From Alphaproteobacteria bacterium (GTDB taxonomy: Bacteria; Pseudomonadota; Alphaproteobacteria; JAAXGF01): 64,000 bases of DNA. Made by a program: the position numbers and the translations under genes. The stretch is taken from contig CAUVXB020000001.1 of NCBI GenBank assembly GCA_963555825.3, positions 320,001 to 384,000 on the forward strand, written 5' to 3'. Below are positions 44,123 to 52,611 of this stretch, one piece after another (the stretch's first letter is position 1; each line of letters opens with the position of its first letter). The notes under the pieces were generated by a model, which was not told the DNA's origin, did not search any database, and saw only the letters and a program-made list of their open reading frames with translations.

Positions 44123-45542
44123 TGAGTCGGACCCGATTTCCTTGGACACAGAATTGGCTTAATCGAAGTGTCCAAGGAGGACCGGAACATGACCGACAAT
44201 TTTGAGAACAAAGTTGCTGTTGATGGGCCTGTGGTAAACGAGGGCGAGCTTGGCTCGTCCACGTTTTCCCCGGGCCAGGTTTCGCCGGCAGGCCCTCTGG
44301 GACTTGGCCAGCGGTGGACGGTGACGCGCAAGCGTGAGGTTGCCCTGCGGCTTTTGCGTGGCGAGCCGGTGGAACTTTTGTCGCGGCAGTTGGGCGTGGA
44401 GATTTTCCGGCTCGAGCAGTGGCGTGAGAAGGCGATCGCCGGGATCGATGCCTCGCTCAAGGAACGCAAGGGCGATCCGGTGAAGGCGGAACTGGACATC
44501 GCCATGAAGCGGATCGGGGAGTTGATCATGCAGGTGGAACTGCTGGAGGCCAAGACGGAGACGTCCGGCCCTTTGGGGCGGCGGAGGTCGCGGCGATGAG
44601 TGCCGCCACCTCTCCCGGCACGGGTTTGGCCTACGGCCTCCAGCGGGTCTGTGCGGCCTGGGGTTTTGCCCGTTCCTCGTTCTACGCCATGAAATCCCGG
44701 CAGCAGGCCACCGCTGAGCGCCCACCAGCAAAGCGCCGGGGACCGAAGCCCTCGATCTCGGACGAGGCTCTGCTGGTGGCCATCGAGGCCGACCTGGAGG
44801 CATCCCCCTGGGAGGGCGAGGGACACCGCAAGGTCTGGGCTCGGCTTCGGGTCTGTCGTGGCATCCGTGTTTCCCGCAAGCGGGGGCTCCGGGTGATGCG
44901 CGAGAACAACCTGCTCTCGCCCCATCGCTGCCGCCGCCGTGGCGGAAATCCCCATGTCGGTGAGATCATCACCCATGCCCCCAACCTCATGTGGGGCACG
45001 GACGGCGTTCGGGTGTTCACGGTGGACGACGGCTGGGGCTGGATATTCACCGCCATCGAGCATTGGAACGCCGAGTGCGTCGGCTGGCATGTGTGCAAGC
45101 GAGGCGACCGCTTCGCCGCCCTTCAGCCGATCTCCATGGGGCTTGCGAGGCTGTATGCCTCGACCTCCGCCGGTGCGGCGCGGGGGCTGGCCTTGCGGAT
45201 GGATCACGGCTCCCAGTATCTGTCGGACCACTTCACCAACCAGATCAAGTTCTGGGGCATCCAGCCGTCCTACGCCTTCGTCGAACAGCCCCAGACCAAC
45301 GGCGTCGCCGAGAGGTTCAATCGCACGCTCAAGGAACAGATCATCCATGGCCGCATCTACCGCAACATCGCGGAGCTGCGGAACGCCGTCCGCGGGTTCG
45401 TCGAACAGTACAATGCCCAGTGGATCGTGGAGAAGAACGGCTACCTGAGCCCCGCTCAAGCTCGTCAGGCGTGGCACACCGCGATGTCACTCAGGCCCGC
45501 CGCATGAGACAAACTTGTGTCCAAGGAACCGGGTGCGATACA
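44123..45542 (+). mobile_element. IS3-family element (orfA about 44189-44599, orfB 44596-45507), no TSD
   Basis: TG...CA ends with TTCCTTGGACAC / GTGTCCAAGGAA; WGTDG, MDHGSQY, NGVAERFNRTLKE. Confidence 0.85.
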
Positions 45543-45577
45543 CTCAGAGGTACGCTAGAAGAACAGAATTAAGATTG

Positions 45578-45642
45578 TCGGGTGCCAATCGGGTGCTAAT
45601 TCGGTATTTTGTTGCGGATGGCTGTAGCGTAAGTCATTGAAT
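45578..45642 (+). promoter_or_regulatory. Putative integrase arm-type repeats and IHF-like site of the island right end
   Basis: TCGGGTGCCAA-TCGGGTGCTAA tandem (also ACGGGTGCCGA at 17593-17603); TAAGTCATTGAAT at 45630-45642, one mismatch to IHF consensus. Confidence 0.55.
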
Positions 45643-45650
45643 TTTAACAT

Positions 45651-45743
45651 GGTGGGGTGGCCGAGTGGCTGAAGGCGCCGGTTTGCTAAACCGGTATACG
45701 GTGTTGAACCGTATCGAGGGTTCGAATCCCTCTCCCACCGCCA
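45651..45743 (+). tRNA. tRNA-Ser(GCT)
   Basis: Acceptor GGTGGGG/TCCCACC, anticodon arm CCGGT-TTGCTAA-ACCGG, long variable arm, GTTCGAATC T-loop, discriminator G plus encoded CCA. Confidence 0.97.
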
Positions 45744-45942
45744 GCTAGTCCTTTGTTTTTGCAGAGTTTATCGGTAGGGATTCGAACTCTCGGTACATTC
45801 AAAGGGTTAGCGGGGCTTGCTGCGGTCCGTGCGGTACCGGGAGAGCGAACGGTCGGACGTCGGGGGGCGTTTGGGGCCGTTTTTCTCCGTCGCCGAGTTT
45901 GGTGGTACCGTTCAGGCGGGATGGTAGCCGGAATTTCCGGGG

Positions 45943-47667
45943 TCAGACCGGCCGGAATCGAAGGGCCGTCCGCTGCTCTTCCCATGAGACCGGCAGATCG
46001 ATACCGCGCAGTAGCATCTTGGCCGTGAGGTCGGGTGGCTGCCGGCCTTCGAGAATGGCTGCGACGATGTCGGGCGCGAGGAAGGAAAGACGCATGACCC
46101 GGGTGATGTAGGACCCGGTCAGGCCTTCGCGTTCGGTCAGCTCCTTGATCGATCGGATACGCCCGGACGTCAGCAGCTGCATCCAGTCGTGGGCGCGGTC
46201 GATGAGCTTGATCAGGACGGGATCAATGCGTCCCGGCGGCGCATCGGCGCTCCCTTCGATCACCAACTTGAGCTCGCTGCCACGGCGACGCAGGGTAAAG
46301 GGCACGGCGAGAGTGTGTGTGCCTTGGGGTGACGTCTCGGGACCCTGGTCGACCACGTCAAGCAGCTGCCGTAAGCCCGCTATGCCGATCTCCAACCGGA
46401 CGCAATCCTTCTCGAGGACGACCCGGCGAACAAGCGTGGTGATGATCTCGCGGCACCGACCGGGGGCTGCCGCTTCGAGTTCTCGATGGAGGCTCGCGGC
46501 GGCCCTGATCGTCTTGTCGATGTCGCCGGCTTCGAGACCTTGCAGGACGCCCATCAGTTCACCGTTATCGCCGAACAATCGCACGAGCCGGCTCACCACA
46601 ATGGCCTCGATCTCCCGCGCGGCGATGCGCTTGCCCTTGGTGCTGACGCTTGGATCGGGGGACCTGCCTCTGGTGATCAGCGACCGCTCGATGTAATAGC
46701 GGTAGCGCCGTCCGCACTTGACCGCATGGCTCGGCGTAAAGCGCTCGCCTTCGGCATCGAACAGCAGGCCTGCGAGCAGGCTCGGGTCCTTGGCGCCGTC
46801 GGCGTTGCGGCGCTTGCGCCGGTTCGATTCGATGACCCGCTGGACCTTCTGCCAAAGCGTATTGTCGATGATCGCGTCGTGCTCGCCCGGATAGACCTTG
46901 CCCTTGTGGACGGCCATGCCGATGTAGACCTCGTTCGCCAGCATGTGGTAGAGGGCGCCCACGGCGAAGGGCTTGCCGCCCCAACGCGTGCGCGTTTGGC
47001 TGATCCTCTCCTTGGTCCTGATGCCATCGGCGTCGAGCTCGGCCTTGACCTGCCGAACACTGCCCGTCTCGGCGTAACGGGCATAGATGTGGCGAACGAT
47101 CCCGGCCTCCCGGTCATTGATGATGAGGCGCTTGTCCCGGAGGTCATAACCGAAGGGCGGATGGCCGCCCATCCACATGCCTTTCTTCCTCGAGGCCAGG
47201 AACTTGTCCCGGATGCGCTCGCCGGTAACCTCGCGCTCGAACTGGGCGAAGGAAAGCAGGACGTTGAGCGTCAGCCGCCCCATTGAGGTGGTGGTGTTGA
47301 ACTGCTGGGTGATCGAGACGAACGACACACCGTGCGTATCGAGGACGTCGACGATCTTGGCGAAGTCTGAGAGGGAGCGGGTCAGGCGATCGACCTTGTA
47401 GACAACGATGACATCGACCTTGCCGGCCTCGATGTCGGCCAAGAGCGATTGCAGCGCGGGACGCTCGACCGTTCCGCCCGAGAAGCCGCCGTCATCGTAG
47501 GTGTCGGCGAGGACCGTCCAGCCCTCGTGGCGCTGGCTCTCGATGAAGGCTTCGCAGGCCTCGCGCTGGGCTTGGAGCGAGTTGAAGCTGAGCTCGAGTC
47601 CCTCCTGGCTGGATTTGCGGGTGTAGACTGCACAGCGCAGTCGACGCTGATCGTTTGGCTTCGTCAT
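45943..47667 (-). CDS. Large serine recombinase
   Basis: RCAVYTRKSS, YDDGGFSGG...RPAL, YKVDRLTRS, LLSFAQFERE; 574 aa. Confidence 0.93.
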   Translation of the reverse strand: MTKPNDQRRLRCAVYTRKSSQEGLELSFNSLQAQREACEAFIESQRHEGWTVLADTYDDGGFSGGTVERPALQSLLADIEAGKVDVIVVYKVDRLTRSLSDFAKIVDVLDTHGVSFVSITQQFNTTTSMGRLTLNVLLSFAQFEREVTGERIRDKFLASRKKGMWMGGHPPFGYDLRDKRLIINDREAGIVRHIYARYAETGSVRQVKAELDADGIRTKERISQTRTRWGGKPFAVGALYHMLANEVYIGMAVHKGKVYPGEHDAIIDNTLWQKVQRVIESNRRKRRNADGAKDPSLLAGLLFDAEGERFTPSHAVKCGRRYRYYIERSLITRGRSPDPSVSTKGKRIAAREIEAIVVSRLVRLFGDNGELMGVLQGLEAGDIDKTIRAAASLHRELEAAAPGRCREIITTLVRRVVLEKDCVRLEIGIAGLRQLLDVVDQGPETSPQGTHTLAVPFTLRRRGSELKLVIEGSADAPPGRIDPVLIKLIDRAHDWMQLLTSGRIRSIKELTEREGLTGSYITRVMRLSFLAPDIVAAILEGRQPPDLTAKMLLRGIDLPVSWEEQRTALRFRPV

Positions 47668-48155
47668 GTGCCCCGTCCTGCCGGCGATCCGATTCGTGCA
47701 TCCGGCTTCGTGTTGTTCAGGCCGAAGAAGGCGGGCCCCGACCAGCGGGTGCCGGTGATCTCACGGGCGATCTTGGAAAGGCTGTCGAAGCGTTGACCAT
47801 GCCATTCGAAGTCCCCTTCCAGGATCGTCACCTCATGGGTCTCCCCTTTCCAGACACGGACCAGCCGTGTCCCCGGCTTGTAACTGAGCCGAACAATCGG
47901 GGCCGCCCCGCCGTTTTGCGTGAGGTCTCGCGCGAGACGCTTCAGCTTCCTCCGTAGCGCGGGCTTGAGCCCGCCCCGTGCCTCGGCCTGAACCGCGTAG
48001 GCGACGCCGCGCAGGAGGAGGTCGGCACCGAGGCGCTTGGGGGGAGGGTTGCCATAGTACCGATGCCAATGATCTCTCAGATCATCCTTTGAGAGGGTCT
48101 CCAGCATGGCGACTGCTTCGGCCAATGCCGCCGGTGACAGCTTCGCGCTTGCCAT
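47664..48155 (-). CDS. DUF2924 family protein
   Basis: LRDHW...PGTRLVRVWKG...F.W.G..F.SLSKIAREITGTRWSGPAFFGL; coupled to the recombinase. Confidence 0.85.
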   Translation of the reverse strand: MASAKLSPAALAEAVAMLETLSKDDLRDHWHRYYGNPPPKRLGADLLLRGVAYAVQAEARGGLKPALRRKLKRLARDLTQNGGAAPIVRLSYKPGTRLVRVWKGETHEVTILEGDFEWHGQRFDSLSKIAREITGTRWSGPAFFGLNNTKPDARIGSPAGRGT

Positions 48156-48160
48156 CGGGC

Positions 48161-48637
48161 TTACGCCGCATCGGCGCGGTAGACCGTGGTGCCGGTGTCA
48201 CTCTTGCCGCACAGGACAGCGATCCCGCGCTTACGCAAGCCCGTGAGCGCCGCGCGGACGCTGTGGGGTTGCCAGCCGGTGGCCTTCGTCATCTCGGACA
48301 TAGCGGCGCCATCGGGGCGCGACAGGAGCGACAGGAGCTGCGCTTGCTTGGTCCCAGGGCGGATGGCAATGCTCGAAGTTGATCCGTTGTGCTGATTGCC
48401 TCCGCGTCGTGTTTGGCCGGCATCAACGCCGACAGCAGCGCGACCGGCCTTCGTGATGATCGGCTTCTTGTCCTTGCCTCGCTCGATGACGAAGCCCCGT
48501 TTGACGAGGCTGGCGAGCGTCGTCTTAAGGGCGCCGCCCTTGAGCGTGACGCCGTCGGGCAATGGCAGGATCGCGGCGCCACGCCGGGCGGACGCGGCCG
48601 TGAGAATCTTCTGCTGGTTGGGGGTGAGCTTCGACAT
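48161..48637 (-). CDS. DUF3489 family protein (winged-helix-like)
   Basis: RPGTKQAQLLSLLSRPDGA...ATGWQPHSVRAALTGL. Confidence 0.82.
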   Translation of the reverse strand: MSKLTPNQQKILTAASARRGAAILPLPDGVTLKGGALKTTLASLVKRGFVIERGKDKKPIITKAGRAAVGVDAGQTRRGGNQHNGSTSSIAIRPGTKQAQLLSLLSRPDGAAMSEMTKATGWQPHSVRAALTGLRKRGIAVLCGKSDTGTTVYRADAA

Positions 48638-48845
48638 CGGGATCTCCGTTGGCATGTGCGCCGCGGTGATTGCGGCGCTTCCACCACCCAAAGCCCCGTC
48701 GGTGGTGCCGATCGGGGCGGCGGACCGGAGACGGTCCGCCAGAGGTCGTCACCCATGCATGCTTGCCGCTGCGGCGAAGTCCAGTCCTTTCAGCGTGATC
48801 GTGTAACCGACGTCGGTTCGTCGCTTTCGGGGGAAACGACGATGA

Positions 48846-49028
48846 TCATCGTCTCGGCGATCGCCGTGAACCTTCTCGGGCACACTGAAGCCGCCGGGCG
48901 CAGGATGCATATTCCCGCGCCCGCAGTTCGGGCGATTGACCTTCGATGGCCGCTTCATGCGCGTCTTCGAGGACTTCCGTCGCCAGTGTGGACAGGCGGC
49001 GGAACAGTTCCTTGCGATCGTCATCCAT
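48846..49028 (-). CDS. Small hypothetical protein, possibly frameshifted
   Basis: MDDDRKELFRRLSTLATEVLEDAHEAAIEGQSP..., helical, co-oriented in the module. Confidence 0.4.
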   Translation of the reverse strand: MDDDRKELFRRLSTLATEVLEDAHEAAIEGQSPELRAREYASCARRLQCAREGSRRSPRR

Positions 49029-49155
49029 TGGCCGCACCTCGTGATCGGCACGGCCATGCACGCTTGCCGGCGCGATGAAGTCAACGGCGATTCGGTGGGC
49101 AAGAAAAAGGGCGGCGGCCCCACGGAGGGCCGCCGCAATCGTTACTCGTACCGGT

Positions 49156-49575
49156 TTATTCCCGCTCATCCGCTTGCTTGGCTAATCGGGCTATTTCGGC
49201 GGCCATCCACTCTTCTACGCCCATCTGCTCTGGTATCAGCAGGACGCCACCTTGGGGCTGTTCGTCTTGCTTCTCGGGCTCGAGCCCGCCAGCTTGCCGA
49301 TAGAACGAAAAAAGAAGCTGGGTGGCTCTGGGATCACCTTTGAGCGCCTTGACGATCTGCGTGTGCAAGATTGCCTCCATGCGAGACATCCTGCGGGTTC
49401 GATCGCCTTCGCGCACGGTGATCTTCTCACTCAGCATCTCCTCGAACAGGGCCGCGGTGTTCTTTGACCCTTTGGGCCGGCCCTTCCGGTTACCCGATTG
49501 GCCGGGTTGGAACTGGGTGCCCTTCGGTGGTTTGCCGTAGCCTATTTCGTATGCGTCATTCTCCTTCTTGGTCAT
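49156..49575 (-). CDS. DUF5681 family protein
   Basis: YEIGYGKPPKGTQFQPGQSGNRKGRPKGSKN...KALKGD. Confidence 0.85.
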   Translation of the reverse strand: MTKKENDAYEIGYGKPPKGTQFQPGQSGNRKGRPKGSKNTAALFEEMLSEKITVREGDRTRRMSRMEAILHTQIVKALKGDPRATQLLFSFYRQAGGLEPEKQDEQPQGGVLLIPEQMGVEEWMAAEIARLAKQADERE

Positions 49576-49648
49576 GGAAAGTCTCCCTTTCCGGGGTAGC
49601 GGGCCGTTCGCGCCTGGCTGGGCGCGAACGGCCCTGGTTGTGCTCCTC

Positions 49649-50959
49649 CTATTCGGTGGCGCGATCCGTTTCGAGTTCGGCAAAGGTCTTGCCGGTCTCG
49701 GCGTGAGTCGCATCCAGTTTCGCTACTTGGTCGAGGCGCTTAACGATCGTGTCGCAATACTTGGGGTCGAGCTCGATGCCATACCCCTTTCGCCCGGTTC
49801 GCTCGGCGGCAACGAGAGTGGTGCCGCTGCCGGCGAAGGCATCGAGCACGATGCCGCCACGCTTAGAGCAATCGAGAATCGCGTCGGCGACGAGCCCGAC
49901 GGGCTTTACCGTCGGGTGTAGAGCAAGCTCTTCGTCACGACCCTCTCGAAAGCTGTTGATACCGGCATACGACCAGACGTTTGTCCTGTAGCGACCGTGC
50001 TTGCCGAGCTCGACGTTATTGATGTGCGACGCCGTGCCCGACTTGAAGACAAACACCAGCTCGTGCTGCGACCGGTATAACGAACCCATCCCACCGTTGG
50101 TCTTGGCCCAGACACAGAGGTTCTTAAACTCGGTATAAGCCTCTGTGCCGGCCGCGACGATCTCGCCTATGTGACGCCAGTCGATACATACAAAATGAAT
50201 GGCGCCGCCGACGCTTGCGTCGGCCAGGTTCGAGAACACGGTACTCAGAAAGGCCGTAAACTCGGCCTTCGACATCTCGCCCGCGGCCATCGCAAACTCG
50301 CGATGTTTGACCTTACCGAGCCCGCAAACGTGGCCGTCGATCGGCACGTTGTACGGCGGGTCGGTAAAGACCCTCTGCGCTTGCTCGCCGACGAGAAGCC
50401 GACCGTATGCGTCTGGGTCGGTCGCGTCGCCGCACAAGAGCCGATGCCTGCCAATCTGCCAGAGGTCGCCAAGCCGTGTAACCGGCGGCTCGGACTCATC
50501 GACCTCGGGCACCTCGTCGGCGGGGTCTTCATCCGCCACGACCTCGAGTTCACCGACCAGGATGTCGATCTCGGCAACCTCGAAGCCGGTAATCGTGGCA
50601 TCGAAGTCAATCTCGAGCTCGGTAAGGTACTGCAGCTCGAGTCCGAGGAGTTCTCGGTCCCAGCCCGCGTTCTCTGCGAGCTTGTTGTCGGCGATGACGT
50701 AGGCGCGAATCTGCGCTTCGTTCAGGTCATCGAGACAGATCACGGGCACCGTATCGAGACCGAGTAGCTTGGCCGCGTCGACGCGGCCGTGGCCGGCGAC
50801 GATGCGGCGGTTGCTGTCGATCAAGACCGGGTTGGTAAACCCGAACTCTTCGATGCTCGCGGCGAGTTGTCGAATCTGCTTTGGGCTATGGGTACGCGCA
50901 TTGCGATCGTATGGTTTGAGCGCCGCGACCGGTAGATGGTCGACGGCACGGTATTGCAT
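49649..50959 (-). CDS. ParB-like domain-fused N6/N4 DNA methyltransferase
   Basis: LKPYDRNARTHS...IVAGHGR...ADNKLAE (ParB-like); FTDPPY, HPTVKP, DAFAGSGTT; alternative start 51004. Confidence 0.9.
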   Translation of the reverse strand: MQYRAVDHLPVAALKPYDRNARTHSPKQIRQLAASIEEFGFTNPVLIDSNRRIVAGHGRVDAAKLLGLDTVPVICLDDLNEAQIRAYVIADNKLAENAGWDRELLGLELQYLTELEIDFDATITGFEVAEIDILVGELEVVADEDPADEVPEVDESEPPVTRLGDLWQIGRHRLLCGDATDPDAYGRLLVGEQAQRVFTDPPYNVPIDGHVCGLGKVKHREFAMAAGEMSKAEFTAFLSTVFSNLADASVGGAIHFVCIDWRHIGEIVAAGTEAYTEFKNLCVWAKTNGGMGSLYRSQHELVFVFKSGTASHINNVELGKHGRYRTNVWSYAGINSFREGRDEELALHPTVKPVGLVADAILDCSKRGGIVLDAFAGSGTTLVAAERTGRKGYGIELDPKYCDTIVKRLDQVAKLDATHAETGKTFAELETDRATE

Positions 50960-51019
50960 GGGCAACCTCCGAGTTTGTTGATCCGTACTCGGAGGAGATG
51001 GCACCGATGCGCGCAGCTT

Positions 51020-51487
51020 TCATTCAGAACAAATACGCCGCCTTTTCTGTGAAGAAACGAAGTTCGCCACATGGCGCCATGTATGGTTCGGGAATAGGCG
51101 TTTCGCGACCATGCGTGCGGCCCGCTCATGGGGCGGTCCCTGCCACCAGTCGGCCTCCCTGATGCGGGGCCAGCCCTCCAGACCGCACCGTCGCTTCCGC
51201 AGCTTCAGCCAATCGAAGTATCGCTCGTAAAATATGGGCACGAGGATCGCCCGAATATGCTCCGTAAGCTTGTCCGGCCTGCGCCCGCGCTTCTTGTCGG
51301 TCCCCGCCAAGCGAGCACACAAATGGTCGAACACCTTGTCGGGGATCGGTTCGTCTCGGTGACGGCGCAGCGCTTCGGCAAGCTCTTTGCCATCGACAGC
51401 ACCGTTTCTGGTGATCGTCACTTCCAAACTCCGATACGTCCCCCACGCATATTCGGCGTACATGCCCTTCTTGTTCGCGTCGGCCAT
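51020..51487 (-). CDS. Hypothetical protein
   Basis: 155 aa ORF starting 1 nt after the HTH gene stop. Confidence 0.55.
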   Translation of the reverse strand: MADANKKGMYAEYAWGTYRSLEVTITRNGAVDGKELAEALRRHRDEPIPDKVFDHLCARLAGTDKKRGRRPDKLTEHIRAILVPIFYERYFDWLKLRKRRCGLEGWPRIREADWWQGPPHERAARMVAKRLFPNHTWRHVANFVSSQKRRRICSE

Positions 51488-51488
51488 C

Positions 51489-51704
51489 TTACGTCGCGAT
51501 GTCGTCGAGCAAGCAGGACGGTGGTACGTCGAGTGCCTTTGCGATCCTCTCAAGGACCAAGACGGTCGGATTGCGGACACCGCGCTCCACGCCGCTGACA
51601 TAGGTCCGGTGAACGCCGCATTCGAAGGCGAGGCCCTCCTGGGAGAGACCGCGTTCCTTGCGATACCGCTTCACGTTGAGACCGACCCGTTGCCGAATGT
51701 CCAT
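51489..51704 (-). CDS. XRE-family HTH regulator (controller-protein-like)
   Basis: GLSQEGLAFECGVHRTYVSGVERGVRNPT. Confidence 0.9.
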   Translation of the reverse strand: MDIRQRVGLNVKRYRKERGLSQEGLAFECGVHRTYVSGVERGVRNPTVLVLERIAKALDVPPSCLLDDIAT

Positions 51705-51727
51705 CCGACGAGGGGAGCCGGAATGTG

Positions 51728-51753
51728 GACTCTTGGGCTACAGCCTATGAGTC
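51728..51753. promoter_or_regulatory. Palindromic operator between the divergent HTH and nuclease genes
   Basis: GACTCTTGGGCT-AC-AGCCTATGAGTC, 10/12 inverted repeat. Confidence 0.55.
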
Positions 51754-51828
51754 TCTTTTTCCTGGACTTCCGGACCACGGCAAGTGATCACGGTGGGAGA
51801 TCAGTGATTCGAACCCGCGGAGGCGCTC

Positions 51829-52611
51829 GTGGACCCGATCGATCCCAGCATAATTCGTTACATCAAGCTCGGCGCCGGCGGAGGCTGGGCCCGGGCGTGT
51901 CTTGATCAGGGCGAGGTGCATTTTGGTTACGCAGCGGTACCGCACGAGATGTGCCTCGCCGGTGACTGGGAGAGTGTGACCGAGGTTCTCATGGAGAATG
52001 AAGGCCGGAGCCTCAGCAAGGCACGCGACGGTGTCCGAGAAATCCGCGACTTCTATACCTTGGGCGCGGATTGCCTTTGGGTCACGTTCGCGGACGGACA
52101 TCTCTGGTGGGCGTTCGCCGAGCCGGAGGTGACCTGGCTCGGAGGGGACGGTGAGGGGCAGGGCGTCCGCATGCGCAAGACCGTCGATGGCTGGTGCAAG
52201 ACCAACGTCGAGGGCACGCCGCTTAGGATCGATGGCCTGAGCACACGGCTCACCCAAGTCGCCGCATATCGCCAGACCATCTGCCGCGTGAAGGCCTCCG
52301 ATTATCTGCTCCGGCGCATCAATGGCATCACCGATCCCGACGTTGCGCGAGCCCGCGAAGTGAGGATCGAGATGACGGAGGTTGCCGCCAAATTGATCGC
52401 CGGCCTGCACTGGGCGGAATTTGAGACCCTGGTCGATCTCATATTCGCGCGCTCGGGTTGGCAACGGGTCTCACGCGTCGGTGGGACCCTCGCCGACGTC
52501 GATCTAATTCTCGAGCAACCGGTGACGGGTGAGACCGCCTTCGTGCAGGTCAAGTCCAAGGCAGGACAATCGGTCCTCGATGACTACATTGGTCGCTTCC
52601 GCCGCAGTGGG
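51829..52611 (+). pseudogene. Mrr-like restriction endonuclease, 3'-truncated by IS21
   Basis: FETLVDLIFARSGW...ADVDLILE...AFVQVKS; stop codon is supplied by the IS end. Confidence 0.7.

Larger units (their letters stand above)
17556..45665. mobile_element. Genomic island 1 (about 28 kb) integrated at the 5' end of tRNA-Ser(GCT); integrase absent
   Basis: 16-bp flanking direct repeat; CGGGTGC arm-like repeats inside both ends; dense IS and pseudogene content. Confidence 0.75.
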
